Shown here piece by piece: positions 50,207-60,580 of a stretch of 64,000 bases of DNA. The stretch is from Nitrospirales bacterium. Lineage in GTDB: Bacteria > Nitrospirota > Nitrospiria > Nitrospirales > UBA8639. The stretch covers positions 4,192,001 through 4,256,000 of the forward strand of contig OY820905.2 in assembly GCA_963555755.3 (NCBI GenBank). Reading direction: 5' to 3'. Made by a program: the position numbers and the translations under genes. Positions within the stretch are counted from its first letter, which is position 1, and every line of letters starts with the position of its first letter. The notes under the pieces are model-generated. The model was not told the origin of the DNA. It did not search any database and worked only from the letters and a program-made list of their open reading frames with translations.

Positions 50207-51651
50207 CCTTCACCCGCGACGCACTCCTCATCCTGGCCAAGAGCAACCCCGAGGCGCTCGTCGAACTGATCCTGGCGCTGCAGGAACAGGGGCAGGCGCT
50301 GACCACGCATGTCACCGAACTGGCACAGCGGCTCGACCAACACAGTCGCAACAGCAGCAAACCGCCCTCGTCCGATGGACCGGCCAAGCCCCGAACCAAG
50401 AGCCTGCGCATACCTTCCGGGAAAAAGCCGGGCGGCCAACAGGGACATGCCGGCCAGACGTTAAAACAGGTGGAAACCCCAGACCACCTGGTCCACCTGC
50501 CTGTTCACTCCTGTTCCTGCCATGCCGACCTCACCAACGAGACGGTCACCGGCTATGAACGCCGGCAGCTCTTTGAACTGCCGGAGCCAAAACTCGACGT
50601 CACCGAATATCGGGGAGCAATCAAAACCTGCCCCCAATGCGGCCGCTCGGTCACGGCGTCATTTCCTGATGACCTGCCTGCGCCGGCACAGTACGGTCCC
50701 AGATTTCGCAGCCTCCTGGTCTACCTCCAGAACCAACAGTTGATCCCCTTACGCCGTGTCAGCCAGATGATGGCTGATCTGTATGGCGCCTCGGTCAGCG
50801 ACGCCACCATTGACGAGGCCTCCCGCCGAAGTTATGAGCACCTCGCGCCGTTCGAGACTGCGGTCAAAGAAGCGCTCGGCAAGAGTCCCATCCTCCATGC
50901 CGATGAAAGCGGCGTCCGCACGGCCGGGACGCTCCACTGGCTCCACAGTGCCAGCACGGCCACGTTGACCTTTTACGGTGTGCACGCCAAACGGGGAAGA
51001 GAGGCGATCGAGCAGTTCCAGATCCTCCCGGATTTTGCTGGCCGCCTGATCCACGATTTCTGGAAACCCTATCTCTCCTATGACTGTGCCCACGGCCTCT
51101 GTAACGCCCATCATTTGCGGGAACTCACGTGCCTGTTCGAGCAGCACGAACAACCATGGGCCAAACACATGTTTGACCTGTTGCTGACGATGAACGTGTT
51201 TGTCAGCAAGCAACTCGCACAGTTAACGGAAGAACAGAAAACCCCCTGGCTGAAACAATACAGGGATCTTCTCACCCTCGGATGGCAGGCCAACCCCCTT
51301 CCGGCACCGCCACAGAAAAAGTCACGAGGCCGGCCCAAAAAGACCAAGGCCCAAAATCTCCTCACCCGTCTTGGCGAGCATGAAGCCTCCGTGCTCGCGT
51401 TCCTCCATGACAGACAGGTTCCCTTCACTAATAATCTGGCAGAACAGGATATCCGCATGATCAAGCTCCGCCTCAAAATATCCGGGTGTTTTCGAACGCT
51501 TCAAGGCGCGAGGCAGTTCGCCCGCATACGAAGCTACCTTTCTACCGCGAGAAAGCAGGGCGGCAACATGCTGCAAGCCATTTCACAAGCCATGATCGGC
51601 CACCCCTTTATGCCTGCACAATTCACTACAAAGATCATCACACCTGAGTAG
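50203..51651 (+). CDS. IS66-family transposase (TnpC-like)
   Basis: SRNSSKPPSSD, KPGGQ.GH.G, CPQCG, HADESG, CNAHHLRE, FTNNLAEQDIR; ATGA overlap with DUF4338. Confidence 0.93.
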   Translation: MTFTRDALLILAKSNPEALVELILALQEQGQALTTHVTELAQRLDQHSRNSSKPPSSDGPAKPRTKSLRIPSGKKPGGQQGHAGQTLKQVETPDHLVHLPVHSCSCHADLTNETVTGYERRQLFELPEPKLDVTEYRGAIKTCPQCGRSVTASFPDDLPAPAQYGPRFRSLLVYLQNQQLIPLRRVSQMMADLYGASVSDATIDEASRRSYEHLAPFETAVKEALGKSPILHADESGVRTAGTLHWLHSASTATLTFYGVHAKRGREAIEQFQILPDFAGRLIHDFWKPYLSYDCAHGLCNAHHLRELTCLFEQHEQPWAKHMFDLLLTMNVFVSKQLAQLTEEQKTPWLKQYRDLLTLGWQANPLPAPPQKKSRGRPKKTKAQNLLTRLGEHEASVLAFLHDRQVPFTNNLAEQDIRMIKLRLKISGCFRTLQGARQFARIRSYLSTARKQGGNMLQAISQAMIGHPFMPAQFTTKIITPE

Positions 51652-51781
51652 TTACGGGTCGAGAAGGTTTTATCCCTTGAGGAATGTTTGAAGATTGGTG
51701 ACAATGCGGGCATTGAAAAATGAATAATGAAATAATGTCAGCTCACATGGTCTTGTATGATGAACGAAGGGAGTCATCCTC

Positions 51782-52150
51782 ATGAGTGCACCTGGTCATG
51801 CCCACGCGATTACTATTGAAAAGAATCCGAATCGAATTACGGTGACGTTTAACGGGACTGTCCTTGCCGATACGCAAAGTGCATTGGTCCTGAAGGAGGG
51901 TCCGCTTCCACCGGCCAATTACATTCCACGTGAAGATGTGCAAATGTCCTACCTACAACGGACTGATCATTCCACTCATTGTCCCTTTAAAGGCGACGCC
52001 TCCTATTTTTCCGTGAGTGTGAATGGGAAGACCGCAGAGAATGCAGTCTGGACCTATGAAGCTCCAATCGACTCTGTGGCGCAGATTAAAGATTATGTTG
52101 TGTTTTATCCAGAAAAAATGGACGCGATTAAAGAATTGCTGAAGGATTGA
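51782..52150 (+). CDS. DUF427 family protein
   Basis: YIPREDV, THCPFKGDASY, NAVWTYE.P, IKDYV.FY. Confidence 0.88.
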   Translation: MSAPGHAHAITIEKNPNRITVTFNGTVLADTQSALVLKEGPLPPANYIPREDVQMSYLQRTDHSTHCPFKGDASYFSVSVNGKTAENAVWTYEAPIDSVAQIKDYVVFYPEKMDAIKELLKD

Positions 52151-52421
52151 AAATTTTCGCTCTTCTAAAAATCGTGTAGGAGCTCCTGCCGGTTTGCCTC
52201 TCCTTACAAAGGAGAGGGATCCGAAGTATGTAAAAAATAGCAGACAGTCTCCTGGATATTCGACGAGGCATGCTTGTGAGAAAAATTCGTCATTGCAAGA
52301 CCTGCCTCTAATTTCCTTATAGAACCGATCAATCTCAACGAGGGATCTTAAGGAGCCTGTTGAATATTGCACGCCAATAGCCAATCAAAGCTTCAGATGA
52401 GCCACGCATCGTTCAAGGGGA

Positions 52422-52627
52422 GGGAATGTTCAAAAAAGCATGCCCTGAGTCTTTCCGAAGGGTTCGTCCAGCAAGGCCGCAGCCCTTTTGACGCGCAGAG
52501 CGTACTCATAGTACGTGAGCACGGCAAAAGGGCGACCTGCCTACGCGAAGCCGCTTCAGCAGGCATGGAACCGCTGGCTTGACAGCCGTAGCTTTAGCGA
52601 AGGCTGGCGGCTTTTTTCAACATTCCC
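52422..52627. repeat. Repeat family A copy expanded by small nested hairpins
   Basis: GGGAATGTTCAAAAAAG / TTTTTTCAACATTCCC ends; family A core interrupted by three short palindromes. Confidence 0.75.
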
Positions 52628-53002
52628 TTAAGGAGTTTTTTTTTGACGGTGAAACACCAACGCATAGATTCCCACGTTCAACAGAATCACCAATACCCCG
52701 AGGAAGATCTGGATCTCACGAGTCAAACCGGTTGGATAAAGAAGAGGCATAACATAGTGTTCAATAAAATCGGATTGGTACCCTTGCTCCCCTCCTGTCT
52801 CCCGGAGCCAATTTTCTAGTGGTGTCAGCGGACAAATCCATCCTGTGAATTCGATCAGGGCTCCCCACACCGCAGCAGGAAGGTGGACCCACATGACCCA
52901 TTTCCATTTTAAAACAAAAAGTCCACCCAACATCACAAAGAGCACAAAGCCCAAATGCAGGAGAACAACCATATCGGCAAAAAAGACAAAATCAAATTTC
53001 AT
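52628..53002 (-). CDS. DUF2784 family membrane protein
   Basis: ADMVVLLHL.F, WVHLPA..WG, WICPLTPLENWLR, FIEHY...LYP. Confidence 0.88.
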   Translation of the reverse strand: MKFDFVFFADMVVLLHLGFVLFVMLGGLFVLKWKWVMWVHLPAAVWGALIEFTGWICPLTPLENWLRETGGEQGYQSDFIEHYVMPLLYPTGLTREIQIFLGVLVILLNVGIYALVFHRQKKTP

Positions 53003-53284
53003 TGGTGCCTCAAGATTCTCTTGATCGTTGGAGAAACAAGATTCCATTGCGATCCTTGGGACGAGAGAACCCAATTGTAGTAGGAAAGACGGCAGGTGTC
53101 GAAAAAGCGAGGCGAGTGAGGTTTCCGAATGGATTCTCAGACAATCTTGCCTTACGCAGGAAGATCACTCACGTTCTATCAATTACCCCCTGTGACTTGA
53201 GGTTATTACATGTTGCAATCAAAGTTTGCAAAAAAGTTCCTGACACCTTTTTCTGCCGCCGAGGCTAGAATAGTAGGATAGCCA

Positions 53285-54598
53285 ATGTGTGACCAAGCTG
53301 GAAGAACAGTAACCGTGTCTGCCGGGAATCGGGGCTTTGCTTTAGTCGCGGCGTTATTGTTGGTTGTGGTGGTGGGGATTGTTGCAGCGACGGTGCTGCA
53401 GACGACTTCGACTGAGATTAAAATCAGTGGGAATCAGCGGCGAGCGGTGCAAGATTTTTATGTGGCTGAGGCGGGATTGGCGGAAGGTCAAGCGCGGTTA
53501 CGCACGCGAGCAGGGGTTGAACAATTTGTTATGTTTGATCTCGGCCCCGGATCCAATCCCTTCTGGTCAGTGTATATTTTGACGTCTTCTACCTGGGAGC
53601 CCCAAGACGACCCGAACTTTTCTTCTCAATATTTGAATCTCATTCCGCAACCTGGAAATCCTACCAGCACAGTGGTTCAACCCAATAGTGTGCAATCGGC
53701 TCTTCCGTACTGGGTCAAACTTCGTCATAAAACGGAATATGATGCGGAGCAGGCTGGGCACCGCACCAGCACTCCCCATTACTTCGATGGGGACGGGAGT
53801 ACGTCAACACATCGGTCCCCTAATGTGGGAAATGTCATCTATTTTGGATATCCGAATATCGATGCGACTGAGCCTCAGCAGTTTTCGACTCAAGGCCAAA
53901 CGCCTTGGCTCCCCATTGAGCTGATTACTTCGAATGGGGGGAATGATGTTGGTGGGGTTCTCTTGGAAATTGAGGCGGTACATCCCGCCGGGCCGAATCA
54001 TCTGGGCGCATTGTATGCGGAAGGGGACGTCATCCTTTCTGGTCAATCTGGAACTCTCAATGGTCACGATGCTTGTGGTGTCGTGTCCAGCCTTCCTCCG
54101 GTGTATTCAAGAAGTACTGTCACACAAGGGCCTGCTGTCCAATTTGATGGAATCCCGGGATCGCCCGTTCAAGGGAGCGTTGTCTTAGATCTTGTTCAAT
54201 CAATTGATGACCTCAGTCGAGGGGCAATACCGATTCAATCAGATTTGTTGAATCAACAATTGGGGAGCTCTTCAGTTCCTGAAACCTATTTGGCCATTGT
54301 GTCTCGCTTGCCAAATTCCAGTCGTCTTCTTATTCGAAATACCGTGGGATACGGAATCCTATTGGTGGATGGTACGGCGATTCTTGAAGGGCAGGTGTCG
54401 TGGCAAGGGATGATTATCGTGACCGGCGACCTTTTCATCCAAGGAGACGGGGCTAGCATTTCTGTAAACGGGGGACTGTGGGCGAGAAGCGTCCAGCAAA
54501 CAGGGGGGAGTCTTAACATTCAATATGACAGTTGCCAGATTCAAGCTTCTCTTCTCTCTCGGGCGGTACAGGTGAGGTCATGGAGGGAGGGTTTTTAA
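53285..54598 (+). CDS. PilX-like pilus assembly protein
   Basis: NRG|FALV..L, ISGN.R....FYVAEAG; C-terminal GILLVDG..WQG.IIV.G..SWRE. Confidence 0.82.
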   Translation: MCDQAGRTVTVSAGNRGFALVAALLLVVVVGIVAATVLQTTSTEIKISGNQRRAVQDFYVAEAGLAEGQARLRTRAGVEQFVMFDLGPGSNPFWSVYILTSSTWEPQDDPNFSSQYLNLIPQPGNPTSTVVQPNSVQSALPYWVKLRHKTEYDAEQAGHRTSTPHYFDGDGSTSTHRSPNVGNVIYFGYPNIDATEPQQFSTQGQTPWLPIELITSNGGNDVGGVLLEIEAVHPAGPNHLGALYAEGDVILSGQSGTLNGHDACGVVSSLPPVYSRSTVTQGPAVQFDGIPGSPVQGSVVLDLVQSIDDLSRGAIPIQSDLLNQQLGSSSVPETYLAIVSRLPNSSRLLIRNTVGYGILLVDGTAILEGQVSWQGMIIVTGDLFIQGDGASISVNGGLWARSVQQTGGSLNIQYDSCQIQASLLSRAVQVRSWREGF

Positions 54599-54676
54599 TT
54601 CTCGTCAAAACTACAATGGGTTATGGTCTTGGCCATGAATGTGAAAATGAGCGTATTGGTGGCTTATGTCGCCTTC

Positions 54677-54719
54677 CCCCTCACCCTAGCCCTCTCCCCC
54701 TTCTAAGGGGGCGAGGGGA
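54677..54719. repeat. CCCTCACCC..CCTCTCCCC hairpin repeat
   Basis: Inverted copy at about 63047-63080. Confidence 0.6.
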
Positions 54720-54992
54720 TAGGAATAAGACGTGGCTTTCTCAACTCCCACCCTGAATGGATAAGACGACTTTTTCACTAATGAATTTCTGCTGATTTGA
54801 TTTTGATTGCAACCCTTTGAAAAAAAAGAAAAACTCTGAAATATTTCCTTGGAACACTGTTCAAAGGGACTGTTTGTCTGGGCCTTTCGTCGCTGGTATT
54901 TTCTGGGTCTTCTGATTGATTGCCTATCCAAAAAAATCTCATTAGAATGCGAGGTTCGGTGTTCTATCACCCACCTTAACAAAGGTTTCGTT

Positions 54993-56189
54993 ATGGCTAA
55001 GGTTTTGGAAGGCCCGGGAATGGGCTTGCTGAAAAAGTGGGGGCTACAAACCCCGAACTATGTTGTCGTAAGTTCAGGGGATGAATTTGACCAACTCGCG
55101 CAGGCGAACGACTGGCTTCAAAAAAATAAATTGGTGGCCAAGGCTCATGAGGCCCTGGGATCTCGGTTTAAGCTGGGCCTGGTGAAAGTCGGACTTGATC
55201 TCCCAGGCACGAAGGCTGCAGTTCGAGAGATGCTAGGGAAACAGGTGGAATCAGTCACCATCCGTGAAGTGATTGTGTCTGAGGCCATTGATCATACAGA
55301 CGAATATTATGCCTCGGCCAAATCCACCCGCGAAGGTGTTGAGGTGATGGTGGCGAAGTGTGGGGGTATCGAAGTTGAAGCGAACTGGGATAAGGTCAAG
55401 CGTATAATAGTTGATATCGGAGAAGTGCCTACGGATGCTGCCCTTTCGGGTTTAGTAAAAGACGCTGAGTTTTCCGGAGACACTGCTTCCAAAATGGCAG
55501 AGTTTCTTAAGAAGCTCTATACCTGCTTTGACAATGAAGACGCTCAATATTTGGAAATCAATCCGGTCGTTTCAAATGCTGCCGGTGACTTAGTTGCTCT
55601 CGACGCCGTCACGCTTCTCGATGGTGATGCCAAGTTTAGGCATAAAGATTGGACCTTCCCCTTCGCGGCCGAGTTTGGCCGGGCCTATACCAAGAATGAA
55701 GAAGAAGTCATGGCCGTGGATGCCAAGGTGAAAGGGTCCGTGAAGCTCATTGAAATTCCTGGTGGCAATATTGCCATGCTCCCAGCGGGGGGTGGCGCGA
55801 GCGTCTACTATTCTGATGCGGTGGTGGCCCGTGGAGGAAAGTTGGCTAATTATGCGGAATACTCCGGTGATCCGCCTGATTGGGCCGTAGAAGTGTTGAC
55901 TGAGAAAGTCTGCTCACTTCCAGGCATTACCCATATTATTGTGGGCGGCGCCATTGCCAATTTCACCGATGTGTTAAAGACGTTTGGTGGGATCATCAAG
56001 GCGTTTCGTAAAGCCAAAGCCGAGGGTAAGCTGGACAATGTCAAAATCTGGGTGCGCCGAGGTGGACCCAATGAAAAACAAGGGTTGGCAATGATGAAGG
56101 ACCTTCAGAAAGAAGGCTTTAACATTGAAGTCTTCGATCGCACTCTACCATTGACTGATATTGTGGATATGGCGCTGGCAAAGAGTTAA
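54993..56189 (+). CDS. aclB: ATP citrate lyase, beta (small) subunit
   Basis: ATP-grasp region, YLEINP, AGGGASVYYSD, NYAEYSG.P, GGAIANFTDV, VRRGGPN. Confidence 0.95.
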   Translation: MAKVLEGPGMGLLKKWGLQTPNYVVVSSGDEFDQLAQANDWLQKNKLVAKAHEALGSRFKLGLVKVGLDLPGTKAAVREMLGKQVESVTIREVIVSEAIDHTDEYYASAKSTREGVEVMVAKCGGIEVEANWDKVKRIIVDIGEVPTDAALSGLVKDAEFSGDTASKMAEFLKKLYTCFDNEDAQYLEINPVVSNAAGDLVALDAVTLLDGDAKFRHKDWTFPFAAEFGRAYTKNEEEVMAVDAKVKGSVKLIEIPGGNIAMLPAGGGASVYYSDAVVARGGKLANYAEYSGDPPDWAVEVLTEKVCSLPGITHIIVGGAIANFTDVLKTFGGIIKAFRKAKAEGKLDNVKIWVRRGGPNEKQGLAMMKDLQKEGFNIEVFDRTLPLTDIVDMALAKS

Positions 56190-56359
56190 TTCAAACAAGA
56201 CTGTAACTACTAGGTTCATGGGTTCCATGGTTCACGGTTTGGGGAAAGATAAAGCTTGAACGGAAGATCTTGAGGCGAGGCAAAGGGATTAACCGTGAAC
56301 TTTGAACCTTGAACCCGAGAACCTAAGTAGTGACAACATTCTGAACTGAGGAGAGTTCG

Positions 56360-58189
56360 ATGAGTATTTTGGCGACAAAAGATACCCACGTAGTAATCCA
56401 GGGTGGTGTGGCTGGTGTGAATGCAGCCAAACGGATGGCCGAGTTTCGATACATGATTAAACAGCCGATGAACGTCTCGGCCTTTGTCTACCCCCCCGAT
56501 GCCGGCAAAACCAATGAAGTCATCTGTGGGAACCAAACAGTGACAATTCCTATCTATAAGACTATTGCGGATGCCACCGCAAATCATCCTGAGATCAATA
56601 CCAGTTTGGTCTACGTCGGCGCGGACCGGTGCTATGCCAATGCCAAGGAAGCTCTGGATAATTCCAAGATTAAAACCGTGTCCATGATCACCGAAGGACT
56701 TCCGGAAAAGGACGCCAAGCTTCTCGGGAAACATGCCCGCACCCTGAAAAAGACGTTTAACGGTCCTTCCTCAATCGGTGTGATGTCTGCTGGGGAATGC
56801 CGCCTGGGGGTGATTGGTGGAGCCTTCGATAATTTAGTGTCTTGTAAATTGTACCGTCCCGGTTCCTTTGGTGTGATCACGAAGTCTGGCGGACTGTCCA
56901 ACGAAATCATTTGGATTTGTTCGCAGTTTGCAGATGGCATTACGACCGCGATTGGGATTGGCGGCGATTCGTACCCGGGTACGGACTACGTGAGTTATCT
57001 TGAAATGTTTGAAAACGATCCGCAAACCAAAGCCGTGATCATCGTCGGTGAAATGGGTGGCGATTTAGAAGAGCAAGCCGCCGAATGGTATGGCGCAAAA
57101 AAACGTCGAGTCAAACTGCTGGCAGTGGTGTCTGGTTTTTGCCAAGAAAGTCTACCGAAGGGCATGAAGTTTGGTCATGCTGGTGCCAAAGAAGGGCTCA
57201 AAGGAGAAGGATCTGCTCGTTCCAAAGCGGATGCGTTTAAAAAAGCTGGGGCCGTCGTCCCTGAAACGTTTGGAGCCTTGGGGCCTGCGATTAAAGCTAC
57301 CTATGAAGAATTATTGAAGTCTGGGGAAGTGAAGGCAATTCCTGAACTGACCGAAGCTGAAATGCCGGCTCTGCCACGAAGTGTTGAACAAGGCATGAAG
57401 GACGGCGACATTCTGGTGACCCCACTCATTAAGTCTACGATCAGTGATGATCGTGGGGATGAGCCGTATTACCAGGGCTATCCGGCTTCTGAACTCATCA
57501 ATAAAGGCTATGATATTGCGCATGTGATTGGGTTGTTGTGGGATGGTCGTTTGGTATCTAAGCAGGAAGCCGAAATTATTCGACGCATTATCATTCTTTC
57601 CGCTGACCACGGTCCCTGTGTGAGCGCTGCACTGACAACCATTATTGGTGCATGTGCTGGTATTGGGCTGTCCCAATCAGTGGCTGCCGGCATGATCATG
57701 ATTGGCCCCCGTTTTGGTGGCGCGGTGACGGATGCGGGGCGCTACTTCAAATATGCTATCGATAACAAAATGTCTGTCGATGAGTTCTTAGGATACATGA
57801 AGAAAAATATCGGGCCGGTTCCCGGAATCGGGCATCGAGTGAAGAGCCTGCGGAATCCGGACAAGCGAGTGAAGGAATTAGTCGGATACGTGAAGAGTTT
57901 GGGAATTCCTACACCTCATCTCGACTTTGCCCTTGAAGTGGAAAAAGTTACTGCAGCGAAAAAAGATAATCTGATTTTGAACGTGGATGGGACCATGGCT
58001 GTGGTCTTGGTCGATATTGGTTTTCCGACTGATAGCCTCAACGGGTTCTTTGTTCTCTCGAGAACAATTGGTTTAATTGGCCATTGGACCGATCAAAAAC
58101 GGCAGGGCAGCCGGTTGATTCGGTTGTTTAATTACTTGGTCAATTACGCCGCCCCGGGTCGGCGAGAAGTTCCACCACTTGATAAATAG
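56360..58189 (+). CDS. aclA: ATP citrate lyase, alpha (large) subunit
   Basis: LYRPGS, KSGGLSNE, IGIGGD, KFGHAGA, ADHGPCVS, IGPRFGGA, PGIGHRVKS, NLILNVDG. Confidence 0.96.
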   Translation: MSILATKDTHVVIQGGVAGVNAAKRMAEFRYMIKQPMNVSAFVYPPDAGKTNEVICGNQTVTIPIYKTIADATANHPEINTSLVYVGADRCYANAKEALDNSKIKTVSMITEGLPEKDAKLLGKHARTLKKTFNGPSSIGVMSAGECRLGVIGGAFDNLVSCKLYRPGSFGVITKSGGLSNEIIWICSQFADGITTAIGIGGDSYPGTDYVSYLEMFENDPQTKAVIIVGEMGGDLEEQAAEWYGAKKRRVKLLAVVSGFCQESLPKGMKFGHAGAKEGLKGEGSARSKADAFKKAGAVVPETFGALGPAIKATYEELLKSGEVKAIPELTEAEMPALPRSVEQGMKDGDILVTPLIKSTISDDRGDEPYYQGYPASELINKGYDIAHVIGLLWDGRLVSKQEAEIIRRIIILSADHGPCVSAALTTIIGACAGIGLSQSVAAGMIMIGPRFGGAVTDAGRYFKYAIDNKMSVDEFLGYMKKNIGPVPGIGHRVKSLRNPDKRVKELVGYVKSLGIPTPHLDFALEVEKVTAAKKDNLILNVDGTMAVVLVDIGFPTDSLNGFFVLSRTIGLIGHWTDQKRQGSRLIRLFNYLVNYAAPGRREVPPLDK

Positions 58190-58259
58190 TTAGGCTGTTT
58201 CTATCAATATACTCCGAAGTCTGGCGCGTAGCCCTTCGGACTGATGCGGAGAAAACGTT

Positions 58260-60509
58260 ATGTCAATCGATCTTGTAAAAAACTTATACGCGAAAATGCC
58301 GGGTGCTGTGGAAACGGCTCGGAAGAAATTTGGCCGTGGGTTAACCCTCTCAGAAAAGATCCTGGTTTCTCACGCTGATAATCTGGACACCCAAGTCTGG
58401 GATCGTGGGATTGCCATGTTAGCGCTTCGACCGGATCGTGTGGCGATGCAAGATGCTACTGCACAAATGGCGATGCTGCAATTTATCCAAGCAGGAAAGA
58501 ACAAAGCCGCTGTGCCGAGCACCATTCATTGCGATCATTTGATTCGGGCTGAGATGGGGTCTGAAAAAGATCTGATGATCGCCAACCAGGAAAATCGAGA
58601 AGTCTATAACTTTCTCGCCTCCGCAGCCAAAAAATATGGTATCGGGTTCTGGAAACCTGGTGCGGGAATTATTCACCAAGTCGTCCTCGAAAATTATGCC
58701 TTCCCGGGTGGGTTGATTATCGGGACTGACTCTCATACGCCAAATGGTGGTGGTTTAGGAATGTTAGCCATTGGTGTGGGTGGTGCGGATGCCGGCGAAG
58801 TCATGGCCGGATTGCCATGGGAAGTGCTGCATCCCAAACTCATCGGCGTCAAGCTCACTGGCAAGTTGAATGGTTGGGCCTCGGCCAAAGATGTGATTCT
58901 CTATATTTGCGGCTTGCTGACGGTGAAAGGTGGCACGAACAAGATCGTTGAATACTTTGGTCCAGGCGCTGAAACTATTAGCGCAACTGGCAAGGGCACC
59001 ATTACCAATATGGGTGCGGAACTGGGAGCCACCACGTCGGTCTTTCCGTTCGACCAGAAGATGGTGGACTATCTGAAGATTACGGAGCGTGAAGATATTG
59101 CCCAATTGGCTGAAGCCAATAAAGGGATGTTAGTGGCTGATCCTGAAGTGTATCAGTCCCCAGAAAAATATTTTGACGAGATTGTGGAAATTGATCTGTC
59201 CACGTTGGAACCGTACGTCGTCGGTCCTCACTCTCCGGACTTGGCCAGACCAATCTCCAAGTTGGCGGCTGAAGCCAAGGAAAAGGGGTATCCTGTCCAG
59301 TTAAAAGCCACCTTGTTGGGAAGCTGCACGAATTCCTCGTATGAGGATATTGGGCGTGCCGCGCATATTGCTCAACAAGGGTTGAAGGCGGGGCTGAAAA
59401 CCAAAACCCCGTTTTTGATCTCACCGGGATCTGAACGGATTTTCCATACCATGAAGCGGGATGGATTTATGAAGACGTTTGAAGATTTAGGTGCGACCGT
59501 ATTAGCCAATGCCTGTGGCCCATGTATCGGTCAATGGAAACGAGCGGATGGTGTTAAAGGAAAAACTGATTCCATTGTCAGTACCTTCAATCGGAATTTT
59601 CCTGGTCGTAATGATGGCATCGCTGAAACTCTGTCCTTCCTGGCGAGTCCGGAATTGGTCACGGCGTATGCGCTGACGGGAAATTTGGGGTTTGATCCAC
59701 TCAACGATACGATTACAACACCAGATGGCAAAGAATTAAAACTCGATCCTCCCCAAGGTGAGGAATTACCAGCTCAAGGGTTTGCCAAGGGGGAAGAAGG
59801 GTTTATCGCTCCAGCAGAAAATGGCGAAGGCTTGGAAGTCGATCTGCCTCCGACGAGTGAGCGGCTTCAATTGCTTCAGCCCTTTCCGAAATGGGATGGC
59901 AATGATTTTGATAAACTTCCATTGCTCATTAAAACCAAAGGCAAAACCACCACGGATCATATTTCGCCTGCCGGTCCCTGGCTCAAGTTCCGTGGGCATT
60001 TGGACAAGATCAGTGACAACATGTTCCTGGGTGCCAACAATGCCTTTACGAGCGAAGCTGGAACAGGGAACAATGTGTTAACCGGAGAATCCGGTCTGAC
60101 GCTGGCTCAAATCGCACGTGATTATAAAAGCAAAGGGGTTGGGTCGTTTGTGGTCGGTGATGAAAACTATGGCGAAGGCAGCAGCCGAGAACATGCGGCC
60201 ATGTGCCCCCGGTTTCTTGGTGTCAAAGCCGTGTTGACCAAAAGCTTTGCACGCATTCATGAAACGAATCTCAAGAAACAGGGTATCCTGCCCATGACAT
60301 TCGCCAATCCTTTGGACTATGATCAAATCGAACAAGAAGATCGTGTCAGCGTCACGGGTCTCAGTGGTCTAGCGCCAGGGAAGCCAGTGTCCATCATGAT
60401 TCATAAAAAGGATGGCAAAGAAGTCACGATCCAAGCCAACCACAGCATGACTGAACCGCAAACAAAATGGTTTAAAGCAGGTTCGGCCTTAAATGCCTTG
60501 AATGAATAA
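58260..60509 (+). CDS. acnA: Aconitate hydratase (mitochondrial-type AcnA)
   Basis: DRVAMQDATAQ, HCDH, GTDSHT, GSCTNSS, NACGPCIG, TTDHISPAG, GSSREHAA. Confidence 0.95.
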   Translation: MSIDLVKNLYAKMPGAVETARKKFGRGLTLSEKILVSHADNLDTQVWDRGIAMLALRPDRVAMQDATAQMAMLQFIQAGKNKAAVPSTIHCDHLIRAEMGSEKDLMIANQENREVYNFLASAAKKYGIGFWKPGAGIIHQVVLENYAFPGGLIIGTDSHTPNGGGLGMLAIGVGGADAGEVMAGLPWEVLHPKLIGVKLTGKLNGWASAKDVILYICGLLTVKGGTNKIVEYFGPGAETISATGKGTITNMGAELGATTSVFPFDQKMVDYLKITEREDIAQLAEANKGMLVADPEVYQSPEKYFDEIVEIDLSTLEPYVVGPHSPDLARPISKLAAEAKEKGYPVQLKATLLGSCTNSSYEDIGRAAHIAQQGLKAGLKTKTPFLISPGSERIFHTMKRDGFMKTFEDLGATVLANACGPCIGQWKRADGVKGKTDSIVSTFNRNFPGRNDGIAETLSFLASPELVTAYALTGNLGFDPLNDTITTPDGKELKLDPPQGEELPAQGFAKGEEGFIAPAENGEGLEVDLPPTSERLQLLQPFPKWDGNDFDKLPLLIKTKGKTTTDHISPAGPWLKFRGHLDKISDNMFLGANNAFTSEAGTGNNVLTGESGLTLAQIARDYKSKGVGSFVVGDENYGEGSSREHAAMCPRFLGVKAVLTKSFARIHETNLKKQGILPMTFANPLDYDQIEQEDRVSVTGLSGLAPGKPVSIMIHKKDGKEVTIQANHSMTEPQTKWFKAGSALNALNE

Positions 60510-60580
60510 CTTCTTCTTTCCTCACCCCCTTTGGGAAAAGAATTAGGGTGTGGGAGAAGGCTTAGGCAGAGGTGGATATT

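Larger units (their letters stand above)
49243..51655 (+). mobile_element. IS66-family element with DUF4338 passenger, 8-bp TSD GGGTCGAG
   Basis: TIR GTAACTACTCAGGT / ACCTGAGTAGTTAC; TSD at 49235-49242 and 51656-51663. Confidence 0.92.
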
